56,833 bases of DNA, taken from assembly GCA_934167365.1 (NCBI GenBank), contig CAKPKU010000002.1:1-56833 (forward strand), in the 5' to 3' direction. Position 1 is the stretch's first letter, and every line of letters begins with the position of its first letter. Made by a program: the position numbers and the translations under genes. Shown in pieces: positions 1 to 11,062 of the stretch. The DNA comes from an uncultured Clostridia bacterium (lineage in GTDB: Bacteria > Bacillota > Clostridia > TANB77 > CAG-508). A model generated the notes under the pieces. It saw only the letters and a program-made list of their open reading frames with translations. It was not told the origin of the DNA and ran no database searches.

Positions 1-74
<74 letters not shown>

Positions 75-165
75 ATAAGTGCTCCCTAGAACGATTCTTA
101 TTCTAATCTAAATTATATTAATTGTCAATAGATTTTTTAAAATTTTTTAAAATAAAATATGTTAG

Positions 166-194
166 TTGAAAGCTTAATAAAAAAATGATAATAT
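166..194 (+). promoter_or_regulatory. Putative sigma-A promoter of addA (TTGAAA-17 nt-TAATAT, TG-extended)
   Basis: TTGAAA lies at 166-171 and TAATAT at 189-194, about 45 nt upstream of the addA ATG. Identified by eye only. Confidence 0.4.
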
Positions 195-236
195 GTGTAT
201 ACAAATGATAAAGTAGAAAGGATGGTTTGATAATAA

Positions 237-3200
237 ATGGCTGAAGTTAAATGGACTAAAGAGCAACATGATGCAATATATGACAGCGGATCAAATATTT
301 TAGTTGCAGCAGCAGCAGGCAGTGGTAAAACAGCAGTTCTAGTTGAAAGAATCATAAATAAGGTTATTAATGAAAATGTAGATATAGATAAAATTTTAGT
401 TGTTACATTTACAAATGCAGCAGCTAGTGAAATGAGAGAGCGTATTTTAGAAGCTATTTATAAAAAAATGGAGGAATTCCCTGATAATAAAAATCTACAA
501 AGACAGGTTATTTTAATTAACAAAGCTAGTATTTGTACCATAGATTCTTTTTGTTTAGATATTATAAGAAATAATTTTTTTGAAATAGATACATCCGCTA
601 ATTTTAGAGTAGCAGACACAACTGAAATAGAGCTTTTAAAACAAGAAGTAATCGATGATATTTTTGAAGAAAAGTATATAAATAATGATAAAGAGTTCTT
701 AAAACTAATTAATACATATACAACTTATAGAGATGATGAGCCTTTAAAAGCCCTTATATTAAGCATTTATAGATATATTCAAAGTAGTCCATTTCCCGAA
801 GAATGGCTTAATAAAAAAGTAGAGCTATTTAACTTAAAAAACTCACTAAATGAAGATTTTTCAAAAACTATATGGGGAGCTATATTATTAGATTTTTTAA
901 AAGAAGAGCTCAATGATTATATTATAAATCTAAAAAAAGTAGGACAAGATTTAAATAAATTTGATGAACTTGAAAAATTCAAAATGGTAATTAATGAAGA
1001 TATAATTAATTTAGAATATATTAAGGAAAATTTAAACAATTGGGACAGTGCATATGAAAAAGCAAACAATATAAAATGGCCTAATTGGCCAACAGACAGA
1101 AAAGTAACATTAGAGCTAAAAGATGAAGCAAAAGGAATTCGTGACTTTGTAAGAAAAAAATATAATTCAACAATTTCAAAAATTCTTTTATATAATTCAA
1201 AAGAAGCAAATGAAAATATTTATAATATGTATGATATATTGAAATCAATCGAAAATATAATAATTGAATTTTCTGAAAGTTTTGCAAAAAGAAAAAAGGA
1301 AAAAAATATTGTAGATTTTAATGATATAGAACATTTTGCACTAAAAATATTATTAAAAAAGGATCAAGGCAAAGTTATTGAAACAGATATAGCAAAAAAA
1401 TATAAAGAAAAGTTTGTTGAAATTGCAATAGATGAGTATCAAGATAGTAACCTAGTTCAAGAATATATATTATCAAGTGTTTCTAAAGGTAATAATGTTT
1501 TTATGGTTGGAGATGTTAAACAAAGTATTTATAAATTCAGACAAGCCAGACCAGAGCTATTTTTAGAAAAATATGAAAAATACAATCTAAAAACAGAAGA
1601 TATACATATAGGACAAAAAATACAATTATTCAAAAATTTCAGAAGTAGGCAAAATATTTTAGATGTTACAAATATGATTTTTGAAAATATAATGAGTAAA
1701 CAATTAGGTGATATTTTATATGATGAAACCGAATTTTTAAATTTAGGAGCAGATTATAAAAATCCAAGCACAGATATTACAAACTTTGCAGGTAAGGCAG
1801 AGCTTAATATAATAGATTTAAAAGAGCCAGAAATAAATGTATTTAAAGATGATGATGATTCAGAAAATAATACTAACACAGAAAGAATAGAAGATGTAGT
1901 TTTAGAAGCAAGATTTGTAGCAAATAAGGTAAAAACATTATTAAATAGTGATTACATGGTGTTTGATAAACATACAAAAGATTATAGACATATAACATAT
2001 AAAGATATAGTAATTTTATTACGTGCGACTTCAGTAACAGCACCAATATATGAAAACGAATTGGCAAAAATGAACTTTCCAGTATTTAGTGATGTATCTT
2101 CTGAATATTTAGAATCAATGGAAATACAAACAATAATGTCTGTATTAAAGGTAATAGATAACCCGATGCAAGATATTCCACTTGTAACTGTATTAAGGTC
2201 AAGTATAGCAGGATTTTCAGATAATGATTTAGTAGAAATAAGAGCAAAAAATAAAAAACAGTCATTTTATCAATCATTAAAAGAATTTGATGGAAATGAA
2301 ACATTAAAGAACAAAATAGATATATTTTTAAACAACATAAAAAGATGGCAATCACAAGAAAAATATATGGCACTTGATGAGTTAATTTGGCAAATATACT
2401 TAGATACAGGATTTTATAATTATGTAACATTAATGCCAAATGGCGCATTAAGACAAGCAAACTTAAAAATGTTATTTGAAAGAGCAAAACAGTACGAATC
2501 TGCAAGTTTCAAAGGATTATTTAATTTTATTAACTTTATTGATAAATTACACACAAGTAGTGGAGATTTAACATCTGCAAAACTAATAGGTGAAAATGAA
2601 AATGTAATTAGAATAATGAGCATACACAAAAGTAAAGGTTTAGAGTTTCCAGTTGTTTATTTATGTGGAACAGGAAAGCAATTTAATATGCAAGACTTAA
2701 ATCAAAATATTTTATTACATCAAGATATAGGAATAGGTCCTAAATATATTAATAATGATAGAAATATTGAATATAATACACTTGCTAAAGAAGCAATAAA
2801 AATAAAAGCAAAAACAGAATCATTATCAGAAGAAATGAGAGTTTTATATGTTGCTTTAACAAGAGCAAAAGAAAAGTTGATAATAACAGGTATTTGTAAA
2901 GATGCAGATAAATCATTTAAAGAAAAACAAGAGCTAATTGAAACATATAAATCAGTAGATTCTACAAGAATAAATGAGTCAATTTTAAAAAGATATAAAA
3001 CATATTTAGATTGGATAGTACTAGTTTACTTAAATAATATAAAAAATGTAAAAGATTATATAGATCTAGAAATATATAAAAAAACTGACTTATTACAAGA
3101 ATTTGATAAAAAAGCTGAAAAAATAGAAGAGCGAAATATATATAAAGAGCTAGAGCAAAGATCTAAAAATGTTAAACAAGAAGATATTGAAAAAATGAAA

Positions 3201-3896
3201 AAAGATTTATTGTGGATATATGGTTACATGGATTCAGTAGTAATTCCTACCAAAACATCTGTAACCAAAATAAAAGAAATTGAGAATACAGAACAATTAG
3301 TAAGTTTAGAAGAGCTATCTGCTAAAAAAGAATTTAAGCAGGAAATAGCAAAACCGAAGTTCTTAAATGAAGAGCAAAAAATATCTAGTGCACAAAGAGG
3401 TACTTTAATGCATTTGTGTTTTCAACGATTAGATGAAAAGAAAAATTATACAAGATCAGATTTAGAAGGATTTGTTCAAGATTTAGTTAATAGAAATATT
3501 ATAACTAAATTAGAATCTGAAAGTATTGATATAAACAAGCTTGTCGATTACACAAGCTCAGCTTTATGGAATGAATTAAAAAAAGCTAAAAAAGTTTATA
3601 AAGAGCAACCATTTTATATTAATTTAAAATCAAAAGATATATTTGATAATAATACAGATGAAGATGTATTAGTTCAAGGAATAATAGATTTATATTTTAT
3701 AAATGAAAATGATGAAATTATACTAGTAGATTACAAAACAGATAAAGCTAATGAAGGTGATGAACAAAATTTAATTGATAAGTATAAAAAACAGTTAGAA
3801 ATATATACTAATGCTCTTTCACAGTCATTGCAAAAAAGTGTTTCAAAAAAATATATTTATTCAGTTTCATTAAATAAAATGATTGAATGTGAGTAA
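237..3896 (+). CDS. addA: ATP-dependent helicase/nuclease subunit A (AddA)
   Basis: 1219 aa. The N-terminus WTKEQHDAI...VAAAAGSGKTAVLVERI is a UvrD-like Walker A region. The protein also has IDEYQDSN and VGDVKQSIYKFRQA motifs and a C-terminal RecB-like nuclease region (GIIDLYF...LVDYKTD). Confidence 0.95.
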   Translation: MAEVKWTKEQHDAIYDSGSNILVAAAAGSGKTAVLVERIINKVINENVDIDKILVVTFTNAAASEMRERILEAIYKKMEEFPDNKNLQRQVILINKASICTIDSFCLDIIRNNFFEIDTSANFRVADTTEIELLKQEVIDDIFEEKYINNDKEFLKLINTYTTYRDDEPLKALILSIYRYIQSSPFPEEWLNKKVELFNLKNSLNEDFSKTIWGAILLDFLKEELNDYIINLKKVGQDLNKFDELEKFKMVINEDIINLEYIKENLNNWDSAYEKANNIKWPNWPTDRKVTLELKDEAKGIRDFVRKKYNSTISKILLYNSKEANENIYNMYDILKSIENIIIEFSESFAKRKKEKNIVDFNDIEHFALKILLKKDQGKVIETDIAKKYKEKFVEIAIDEYQDSNLVQEYILSSVSKGNNVFMVGDVKQSIYKFRQARPELFLEKYEKYNLKTEDIHIGQKIQLFKNFRSRQNILDVTNMIFENIMSKQLGDILYDETEFLNLGADYKNPSTDITNFAGKAELNIIDLKEPEINVFKDDDDSENNTNTERIEDVVLEARFVANKVKTLLNSDYMVFDKHTKDYRHITYKDIVILLRATSVTAPIYENELAKMNFPVFSDVSSEYLESMEIQTIMSVLKVIDNPMQDIPLVTVLRSSIAGFSDNDLVEIRAKNKKQSFYQSLKEFDGNETLKNKIDIFLNNIKRWQSQEKYMALDELIWQIYLDTGFYNYVTLMPNGALRQANLKMLFERAKQYESASFKGLFNFINFIDKLHTSSGDLTSAKLIGENENVIRIMSIHKSKGLEFPVVYLCGTGKQFNMQDLNQNILLHQDIGIGPKYINNDRNIEYNTLAKEAIKIKAKTESLSEEMRVLYVALTRAKEKLIITGICKDADKSFKEKQELIETYKSVDSTRINESILKRYKTYLDWIVLVYLNNIKNVKDYIDLEIYKKTDLLQEFDKKAEKIEERNIYKELEQRSKNVKQEDIEKMKKDLLWIYGYMDSVVIPTKTSVTKIKEIENTEQLVSLEELSAKKEFKQEIAKPKFLNEEQKISSAQRGTLMHLCFQRLDEKKNYTRSDLEGFVQDLVNRNIITKLESESIDINKLVDYTSSALWNELKKAKKVYKEQPFYINLKSKDIFDNNTDEDVLVQGIIDLYFINENDEIILVDYKTDKANEGDEQNLIDKYKKQLEIYTNALSQSLQKSVSKKYIYSVSLNKMIECE

Positions 3897-3908
3897 TGGA
3901 GGGAAAAT

Positions 3909-4145
3909 ATGAGATTAGATAAATTTTTGAAAGTGTCAAGAGTAATAAAAAGAAGAACAGTCGCCAATGAAGCGGCTGATAATGGTAGAGTATCTGTAAA
4001 TGGTAAGGTAGTTAAACCAAGTTATGAAGTTAAAGTTGGAGATATTGTTGAAATTCAATTTGGAGATAAAATATCAAAATTTGAAATAATTGAAATTCCT
4101 AAAGTACAAGGAAAAAACATGCCAGAGCTTATAAAAATCTTATAA
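3909..4145 (+). CDS. S4-domain RNA-binding protein (YabO/Hsp15-like)
   Basis: 78 aa beginning MRLDKFLKVSRVIKRRTVANEA...V.VNGK..KPS, which is a typical S4 fold signature. A GGAGGG RBS lies upstream. Confidence 0.8.
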   Translation: MRLDKFLKVSRVIKRRTVANEAADNGRVSVNGKVVKPSYEVKVGDIVEIQFGDKISKFEIIEIPKVQGKNMPELIKIL

Positions 4146-4325
4146 ATAAAATAACACTAAAGTAAAGCAAAATTTTAAAATGAAATAAGAAAATATAATT
4201 AACAGGTAGAATGCATAAAAATTAGGTTACATAATTTACAAATCTATAAACATATGTTAAAATATAGTTAAATTATTCTAGCCTAAAATAGGTTGCCCCT
4301 AGAAAAGAAAGGTAGATGAGATCTT

Positions 4326-5063
4326 GTGTTGAAAAAAGGTTGGAGTAGAATTTACAAAAATCTAGTACGCTCTAGTATAGCTGGTGTCATATACACTGTG
4401 GCGTTAAGAGAATGGGTCCCAGAAAATTGGCCACATTTTTTTAATTCTATTGTAAGTGCCATTGTAATAGCACTAAATGCAATAGATCCGGTATTTTCAA
4501 GTAAATCAGTGTTAAAACGGCAAGGAGTAGTGGCATTAATTTCATGTTTGGCATTAGCAATGTTTCATGAAATAGTTAATGCTATACCAGAACAATTGTG
4601 GTGGCAAAATGCAATGCTAGTAGCATTGTTAGGCAGTATTTTCATTATAAGATTTGAATCATTAATTCCATATGATAGGAATCTAAATAATGATATTTTA
4701 AAACTAAAGGATTTTTTTATTGCTATATTAAATTCATTAGGAATGTATAGGGCAATAAAGTGCTTTTTAATTGATGACTTTTTAGCAATATTATTCACAT
4801 CGACTATTATAATAGCTAGTATGACGAAATTTTCTAAAGACAATAAAGAGCTCTTTGATAATCAAGTGAAAATAGCAGTAATAGTAACATTAACTACTGC
4901 AATGTTTATAACATGTATAAGTTCAGAAGTTAATATATATATATTGTTAATTATAGGATTAGCTATTGTAAATCCGTTATTGACATATATGTTAACTAGA
5001 ATTTCAACTGATGAAAGTGAAAAGAAATCAAATGAGCAATCAGAAGAAAAAAATGGTAACTAA
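4326..5063 (+). CDS. Hypothetical multi-pass membrane protein
   Basis: 245-aa ORF with several hydrophobic helices and an acidic/Ser-rich tail. It uses a GTG or TTG start. I recognise no family. Confidence 0.6.
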   Translation: MLKKGWSRIYKNLVRSSIAGVIYTVALREWVPENWPHFFNSIVSAIVIALNAIDPVFSSKSVLKRQGVVALISCLALAMFHEIVNAIPEQLWWQNAMLVALLGSIFIIRFESLIPYDRNLNNDILKLKDFFIAILNSLGMYRAIKCFLIDDFLAILFTSTIIIASMTKFSKDNKELFDNQVKIAVIVTLTTAMFITCISSEVNIYILLIIGLAIVNPLLTYMLTRISTDESEKKSNEQSEEKNGN

Positions 5064-5111
5064 AGTCATGCACGGGCAATGCATACTTTAGATAAGGAAA
5101 TATTATAATAA

Positions 5112-5150
5112 AAAGCAAAGCATAAAACAATATTTTATGCTTTGTTTTTT
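5112..5150 (+). terminator. Rho-independent terminator
   Basis: AAAGCAAAGCATAAAA / TTTTATGCTTTGTTTTTT hairpin followed by a T-run, after the 4326-5063 gene. Confidence 0.8.
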
Positions 5151-5494
5151 ATATAATAGGAAAGTTCTACATATGGGTATAAATTAAATTAACGGTAAAT
5201 TTAATTTGTTTAATATTTTAAAGAAGGCGATTTCCTATTATATAAAAAGGCTTCGCCAAACATTGCACACAAAATTACTGCGTAATTTTGGCGCGCGAAC
5301 AATTTGACGCGGACTTTGTCCGCTATTGTTCTAATAGAATTTAAAATCAAAATATAAATTAACTTAACAATTAAACATATATAAAGATAGAGATTTTTAC
5401 TACAATATATAAAATGCATTGCAAAATATTTTATATATTATTATAATAGTAAAATACTAATTCAAAAATAAAAATAGATAAATATAAAAACAAG

Positions 5495-5523
5495 TTGACA
5501 AAACAGTTAAATAATATTAAAAT
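5495..5523 (+). promoter_or_regulatory. Putative promoter of the tyrS T-box leader (TTGACA-17 nt-TAAAAT)
   Basis: TTGACA at 5495-5500 and TAAAAT at 5518-5523. Confidence 0.55.
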
Positions 5524-5529
5524 GTAGAA

Positions 5530-5762
5530 AATTTAATTAACTATGTAAAAAGACGAAAAGTAGAATTTTAAAATTCAAAATAAAGAGAGATAATGCAAGG
5601 TGGAAATTATCAGAATTTAAAATTTGAATTACACATCTTATAGTAGTTACGTTTAAGATTACGAAAATCTAAACAAGGCAAAGTTTAAATAAAAATTTTG
5701 TAAATAAAGGTGGTACCACGAGCTAATTCGTCCTTTAATCAGGATCAATTAGCTCTTTTTGA
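5530..5762 (+). promoter_or_regulatory. T-box riboswitch leader (Tyr specifier UAC)
   Basis: Stem I elements are present (AGACGAAAAGTAGAA, AGAGAG). A candidate specifier TAC at 5630-5632 is followed by A. The T-box sequence AAAGGTGGTACCACGAGC lies at 5707-5724. It overlaps the terminator GAGCTAATT...AATTAGCTCTTTTT (5720-5760), directly upstream of tyrS. Confidence 0.85.
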
Positions 5763-5881
5763 TTTTTGTAATTAAAAAAGTTAAATGAAAGAATTATTAA
5801 AAAATTAATAGTAAAAATTGCATTAATATTTTTAATAATAAAAACAATCATCAAAATCCAAAAACAATAGGAGGAATATTT

Positions 5882-7045
5882 ATGGAAGGATTAGATTTAA
5901 TTAAAAGAAAAGCAGTTCAAATCATTTCAGAAGAAGATTTAGAACAAAAACTAAAATCAGGAAAAAAATTAACAATAAAATTAGGAGCTGATCCAAGTAG
6001 ACCAGACTTACATTTAGGTCATACAGTAGTTTTAAGAGCATTACAAACATTTCAAAAAATGGGACATGAGGTTGTATTTATAATAGGAGACTATACTGCA
6101 ATGATAGGAGATCCAACAGGAAAAAGCAAAACTCGACCAGCACTAACATATGAACAAGCACATAATGCAGGAGAAAGTTATTTCAAACAAGTAACAAAAA
6201 TACTAGATCCAGAAAAAACAAGAATAGTATACAATTCAGAGTGGTTATCAAAATTAGACTTAAAAGATGTTTTAGGATTAGCAAGTAAATACACAGTAGC
6301 AAGAATGCTTGAAAGAGATGATTTCAAAAAAAGATACGAAAATAATCAACCATTAAGTATGCATGAAATGTTTTACCCATTAATGCAAGGATATGATTCA
6401 GTAGCTTTAAATGCAGATATTGAAATTGGAGGAACAGATCAAACATTTAACTTAATAGTAGGAAGAGAGCTTCAAAAAAATTACGATCAAGATCCACAAG
6501 TAGTAATAACATTTCCACTTTTAGTAGGATTAGATGGAAAAGAAAAAATGAGTAAATCATTAGACAATTATATAGGAATTGATGAACCAGCAGAAAAAAT
6601 GTATGAAAAAGCAATGAAAATACCAGATGAGGTTTTATTTGACTATTTTAAATTAACAACAGATATTGATTTAACAGAAGCACAAAACATAATAAAAGAA
6701 GATATAATAAAAGCACATAAAGTATATGCAGAAGAAATAATAAAGATGTATCATGGAGAAGAATTTATATCATCAGCAGAAGAGCGATATAATAAAGTAG
6801 CCAAGGGTGGAATTCCAGAAAATATAAAAGAGGTAAATTTAAGTAATGAATCACAAGAAATGAAACTATGTGATATATTAACAAAAGTAGGTTTTGCATC
6901 TTCAAAAAGTGAAGCAAGAAGAATGATACAAGGTAATGGAGTAAAAGTAAATTCAGAAGTAATAAATGATATAAATGCAAATATAGATTTAAAAGGAGAA
7001 GTTATTGTTCAATTTGGAAAAAATAAATTTATAAAGGTCGTTTAA
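5882..7045 (+). CDS. tyrS: Tyrosine--tRNA ligase
   Basis: 387 aa with the class I HIGH motif (DLHLGH), KMSKS, and a C-terminal S4-like domain ([17 protein letters not shown]). Confidence 0.95.
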   Translation: MEGLDLIKRKAVQIISEEDLEQKLKSGKKLTIKLGADPSRPDLHLGHTVVLRALQTFQKMGHEVVFIIGDYTAMIGDPTGKSKTRPALTYEQAHNAGESYFKQVTKILDPEKTRIVYNSEWLSKLDLKDVLGLASKYTVARMLERDDFKKRYENNQPLSMHEMFYPLMQGYDSVALNADIEIGGTDQTFNLIVGRELQKNYDQDPQVVITFPLLVGLDGKEKMSKSLDNYIGIDEPAEKMYEKAMKIPDEVLFDYFKLTTDIDLTEAQNIIKEDIIKAHKVYAEEIIKMYHGEEFISSAEERYNKVAKGGIPENIKEVNLSNESQEMKLCDILTKVGFASSKSEARRMIQGNGVKVNSEVINDINANIDLKGEVIVQFGKNKFIKVV

Positions 7046-7059
7046 TGAGGTGAAATTTT

Positions 7060-8544
7060 ATGAAAAAATTTACAATAAAAAACATACATATGATTGTTAT
7101 AATAATAGGAATATTATTCAATGGAATAGGAATTTTTCATAATACTATATGGCTTGATGAATGTTATTCCGTAGGAATGGCAAGGCACAATATAGTAGAT
7201 ATATGGAATATTGGAGGGCATGATGTACATCCAGTACTATATTATTGGATATTAAGTGGAATAAATGTAATATCAGGAGGAAGTATAATAGCATATAGAA
7301 TCTTTTCATTAATATGTATAGCATTATTAGGAATATTAGGATATACACATATTAGAAAGGATTTTGGAGAAAAAACAGGATTATTATTTTCATTTTTTAC
7401 CTATTTTCTTCCAACAGTATGCACATTTGCAAATGATATAAGAATGTATGCATTAGCAATTCTATTAGTAACAATATTAGCAATATATGGTTATAGAATA
7501 TTTAAAGGTGATACATCATGGAAGAATTGGATAATTTTTGAGTTAACAAGTTTAGCATGTATATATGTTCATTATTATGGACTAATGGCAGCAGGAATAA
7601 TAAATTTAGTAATGTTAATAAATTTTATAAAAAATGGAAGAAAACAATCAAGAACAAGAATAATATTATTTGGAATAATACAATTTTTATTATATGTTCC
7701 ATGGATATTATATTTTATAGGACAAATAAAACATGTATCAAAAGGATTTTGGATAGGATTTGAATTTCCAAACACCTTAATGGAATTGTTAAGTTTCCAA
7801 TTTATAGGAAATATTAATTATTATATAGGATTTGCATTTTCAATAATTCTGTATATATATTTGGGAGTAAAACTACATAAAATCAATAAAAATAAGGAAA
7901 ATATTTTACCAGTAAAATTATCAATAGGAATATATATAGCAGTAATAATAGCAGCATTAATAGTTACACTTTGTGCAAAAACTTCAATATTATATTATCG
8001 TTACTTATTTGTAGTAACTGGACTATATATATTTACATTAAGTTTTATAATATCAAGAGAGCAAAATAAGAAAATAATAGCAATAATATGTTTAATAACG
8101 ATAATTTTAGGTATAGCAAGCAATATTGTTATGATAAAAAATAATTATAGTAAAGACAATCCAAAACCAATTGAATATATGCAATCACAAATTCAAGAGG
8201 GAGATTTTATTGTATATAAAAGTATAGGAGTAGGATCAGTAATAGCAGTAAACTTTCCAAATAATTCACAATACTTTTACAACGAAGAAGATTGGGGAGT
8301 AGTAGAAGCATATAAAGCATTTTCCCCACAAATGGAAACATGGATAAATGATGATTTTATGAATAACTTGTCAGGTAGAATATGGGTAATAGATGAAATG
8401 AGTGATGCTTGCTATGAACAATTATTTAATAACGATAATTATAAATTTATAAGCCGAGAAACATTTCAAACAAAATATCAAAACTACTATTATATCATAA
8501 CATTAGTAGAAAAGAATAAGGTGCCCGAAGATAATATAAATTAG
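7060..8544 (+). CDS. GT-C fold membrane glycosyltransferase (GT39/ArnT-like)
   Basis: 494 aa with about 10 or more TM helices. An early loop acidic motif (IWLDECYSV) is typical of PMT_2/ArnT-type enzymes, and there is a soluble C-terminal domain. Family assigned by pattern only. Confidence 0.6.
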   Translation: MKKFTIKNIHMIVIIIGILFNGIGIFHNTIWLDECYSVGMARHNIVDIWNIGGHDVHPVLYYWILSGINVISGGSIIAYRIFSLICIALLGILGYTHIRKDFGEKTGLLFSFFTYFLPTVCTFANDIRMYALAILLVTILAIYGYRIFKGDTSWKNWIIFELTSLACIYVHYYGLMAAGIINLVMLINFIKNGRKQSRTRIILFGIIQFLLYVPWILYFIGQIKHVSKGFWIGFEFPNTLMELLSFQFIGNINYYIGFAFSIILYIYLGVKLHKINKNKENILPVKLSIGIYIAVIIAALIVTLCAKTSILYYRYLFVVTGLYIFTLSFIISREQNKKIIAIICLITIILGIASNIVMIKNNYSKDNPKPIEYMQSQIQEGDFIVYKSIGVGSVIAVNFPNNSQYFYNEEDWGVVEAYKAFSPQMETWINDDFMNNLSGRIWVIDEMSDACYEQLFNNDNYKFISRETFQTKYQNYYYIITLVEKNKVPEDNIN

Positions 8545-8555
8545 GAGAAGTTTAT

Positions 8556-9455
8556 ATGAATGAAAATATGTTGAAACAAAAGAGAATAATTGGATTTTCA
8601 TTAGGTATATTTTTAATAATAGTAGAACTCGTGGCATTTGCTATATCATTTGTATTAAAAAAGATGAATATAATAACACAAAATAACATCAATTTAGTAA
8701 CATATATTATAAATGCTATATCAATATATGTTATAGGTTATGGAATATTAAAAGTAACACTAAGAAATATAGAAACATCACCTAAAAAAGAAAAAACAAA
8801 AATAAGATTTTCAGAAATTTTATTGTTGATATGCATAACAATAGGAAGTGGACAAATTGTTAATATCATAACACAAATAATAATTAGCTCTTTTAAAATG
8901 TTATTTAACATTCAAATAAATAATAATGTAACGAATTTATTACAAGAATCAAATCCACTATATATGATAATATTCGCAGCAATATTAGGACCAATAATGG
9001 AAGAGCTAATATTTAGAAAAACACTTATGGAAAAATTAAGAATATATGGTGATAAAACTGCAATAATATATACTTCAATTGCATTTGGATTATTTCATTG
9101 TAATTTGGCGCAAATACCATATGCAATTGCAGTGGGTTGTATATTAGGATATGCAAAAGTAAAAACAAATAGTATAATAGTACCAATATTACTACATATC
9201 ATAATAAATAGTTTAAGTGTAATATTAATGATAGCTCTTAAAAGAACATCATGGATAGCTATGATTTTAATAATGTTATTTATTTTAACATGTGTAGTAT
9301 TAACATTGGTTTTTATACCTATAAAATTAAGTAAAAAGGAAGTACAAATAGAAAATGAAAGTAATTATGAAAAAAAGGGCTTATATAAAAATATAGGTTA
9401 TATTTTTTCAGTAATAGCAATAGTAATAATAACAATAGTATCATCTATTGGATAA
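8556..9455 (+). CDS. CPBP family intramembrane glutamic endopeptidase (CAAX protease/Abi)
   Basis: 299 aa polytopic protein with the CPBP motifs EELIFR, FGLFH and HIIINS. Confidence 0.85.
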   Translation: MNENMLKQKRIIGFSLGIFLIIVELVAFAISFVLKKMNIITQNNINLVTYIINAISIYVIGYGILKVTLRNIETSPKKEKTKIRFSEILLLICITIGSGQIVNIITQIIISSFKMLFNIQINNNVTNLLQESNPLYMIIFAAILGPIMEELIFRKTLMEKLRIYGDKTAIIYTSIAFGLFHCNLAQIPYAIAVGCILGYAKVKTNSIIVPILLHIIINSLSVILMIALKRTSWIAMILIMLFILTCVVLTLVFIPIKLSKKEVQIENESNYEKKGLYKNIGYIFSVIAIVIITIVSSIG

Positions 9456-9482
9456 AAAAGTAAATGGAGGAAAGAATAAAAA

Positions 9483-10337
9483 ATGGATATAATAAAAGCT
9501 ATAATTTTTGGTATAGTAGAAGGAATAACAGAGTGGCTTCCTGTAAGTAGTACAGGTCACTTAATTTTGTTAGAGGGATTTATGAAATTTAAAAATGTAT
9601 CAGAAGGCTTTTTTGATATGTTTGAAGTTGTAATACAATTAGGAGCAATACTTGCAGTAGTATTAATTTATTTTAAAGATATATGGCCTTTTACAAATAA
9701 ACAAGGAAAAGGATTCACTAAAAGAGGATTATTATCACATTTAGATAAAAACATTACACAATTATGGGGAAAAATTTTAGTAGCATGTATACCAGCAGCA
9801 GTAATAGGACTTTTGTTTGATAAAAAATTTGAAGAGCTATTTTACAATCCTACATGTGTAGCAATAGCATTAATAGTGTTTGGTATAGCATTTATAGTAA
9901 TAGAAAATTGGCATAAAGGAAGAAAGTCAAGAATCACAAGAATAGAAGGAATAACATATAAAGATGCATTAATAATAGGAATGTTTCAATTAATAGCAGC
10001 AATATTTCCAGGTGTATCACGTTCAGGAGCAACAATTATAGGAGCTTTATTAATAGGAGTATCAAGAAAAGTATCAGCAGAATTTACATTTTATTTAGCA
10101 ATTCCAGTAATGTTTGGAGCAAGTTTATTAAAAGTAGCAAGATTTGGTTTCAGCTTTACAGGAACAGAAATAATAGCACTAATATTAGGAATGTTATCAG
10201 CATTTGTAGTATCATTGTTTATAATAAAATTCTTAATGAATTACATAAAGAAACACGATTTCAAAGTATTTGGTTGGTATAGAATTATACTTGGAATAAT
10301 AGTCATATTAATGGCTTTATGTGGAGTAATAAAATAA
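9483..10337 (+). CDS. uppP: Undecaprenyl-diphosphate phosphatase
   Basis: 284 aa with the hallmark BacA/UppP motifs EGITEWLPVSSTGHL and PGVSRSGATI. Confidence 0.95.
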   Translation: MDIIKAIIFGIVEGITEWLPVSSTGHLILLEGFMKFKNVSEGFFDMFEVVIQLGAILAVVLIYFKDIWPFTNKQGKGFTKRGLLSHLDKNITQLWGKILVACIPAAVIGLLFDKKFEELFYNPTCVAIALIVFGIAFIVIENWHKGRKSRITRIEGITYKDALIIGMFQLIAAIFPGVSRSGATIIGALLIGVSRKVSAEFTFYLAIPVMFGASLLKVARFGFSFTGTEIIALILGMLSAFVVSLFIIKFLMNYIKKHDFKVFGWYRIILGIIVILMALCGVIK

Positions 10338-10515
10338 AAAAGTAATAATTTTTGTATTCAAGAATATAATTTATTATATAAAAGTACTTTACAATATCAA
10401 TTTTTTCTGGTATAATGTAAACTACTTTGAAAACATTGTAATAAAAAAAACCTTCAAGTTTTTGTAAACACAGAAAACAACATTGTAAAATTTATTTTTA
10501 GGAGGTGAAAAAAGA

Positions 10516-10803
10516 ATGGACGTAAACGAACTAAAAGTCCTTTTAAAGGAAAAGGCGGTCTCAATAAAACAATTTGGGAAAAATGGTAGCTATCTAGTTA
10601 TAGATAGTTTAGAGGACGAATATCACCACATAAATCTTGTATACTTTCAAGATTGTTGTGTAAAAGGAGCGCTCTTGGATATCGTAAATTACAGAAAATT
10701 TATGGACATGTCAAAAGAAGATAGAGTTATAGCAATCTGGGGACTTGTATCAGGTCGAAAGATTGACTACATTCAAAATGAACTTTTTGAGTTGCTAGAT
10801 TAG
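10516..10803 (+). CDS. Hypothetical small protein
   Basis: 95-aa ORF with a strong RBS (AGGAGGTG), a TGGTATAAT-type -10 box about 100 nt upstream, and a terminator hairpin (AAATACTG/CAGTATTT) downstream. Slightly higher GC than its surroundings. Confidence 0.55.
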   Translation: MDVNELKVLLKEKAVSIKQFGKNGSYLVIDSLEDEYHHINLVYFQDCCVKGALLDIVNYRKFMDMSKEDRVIAIWGLVSGRKIDYIQNELFELLD

Positions 10804-11062
10804 AAGTAGAAAAAGAAAGAGACAAAAATACTGTGAGATATTATCTTGCAGTATTTTATTATATAATAAGAAAATTCTATAATATAGGTACAGATTAAAT
10901 TGGTAGTAAAAAAGAATTATTTGACTTTTTATTAAGAGTTTCTTATTATAAAAAACATTTAACATAAATTTATTGCGTAATTTTTGCATATGAGCAATTT
11001 AATAAAAACTTTGTTTGATATTTATGATAAAGTGATACATAAAGTATGTATAAGGAGGAGAA

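Noticed and set aside
5210-5419. 69-aa minus-strand ORF in the intergenic region before the tyrS leader
   Set aside because: It has no RBS and an implausible product. The region is better explained as non-coding and is reported instead as a possible structured RNA.
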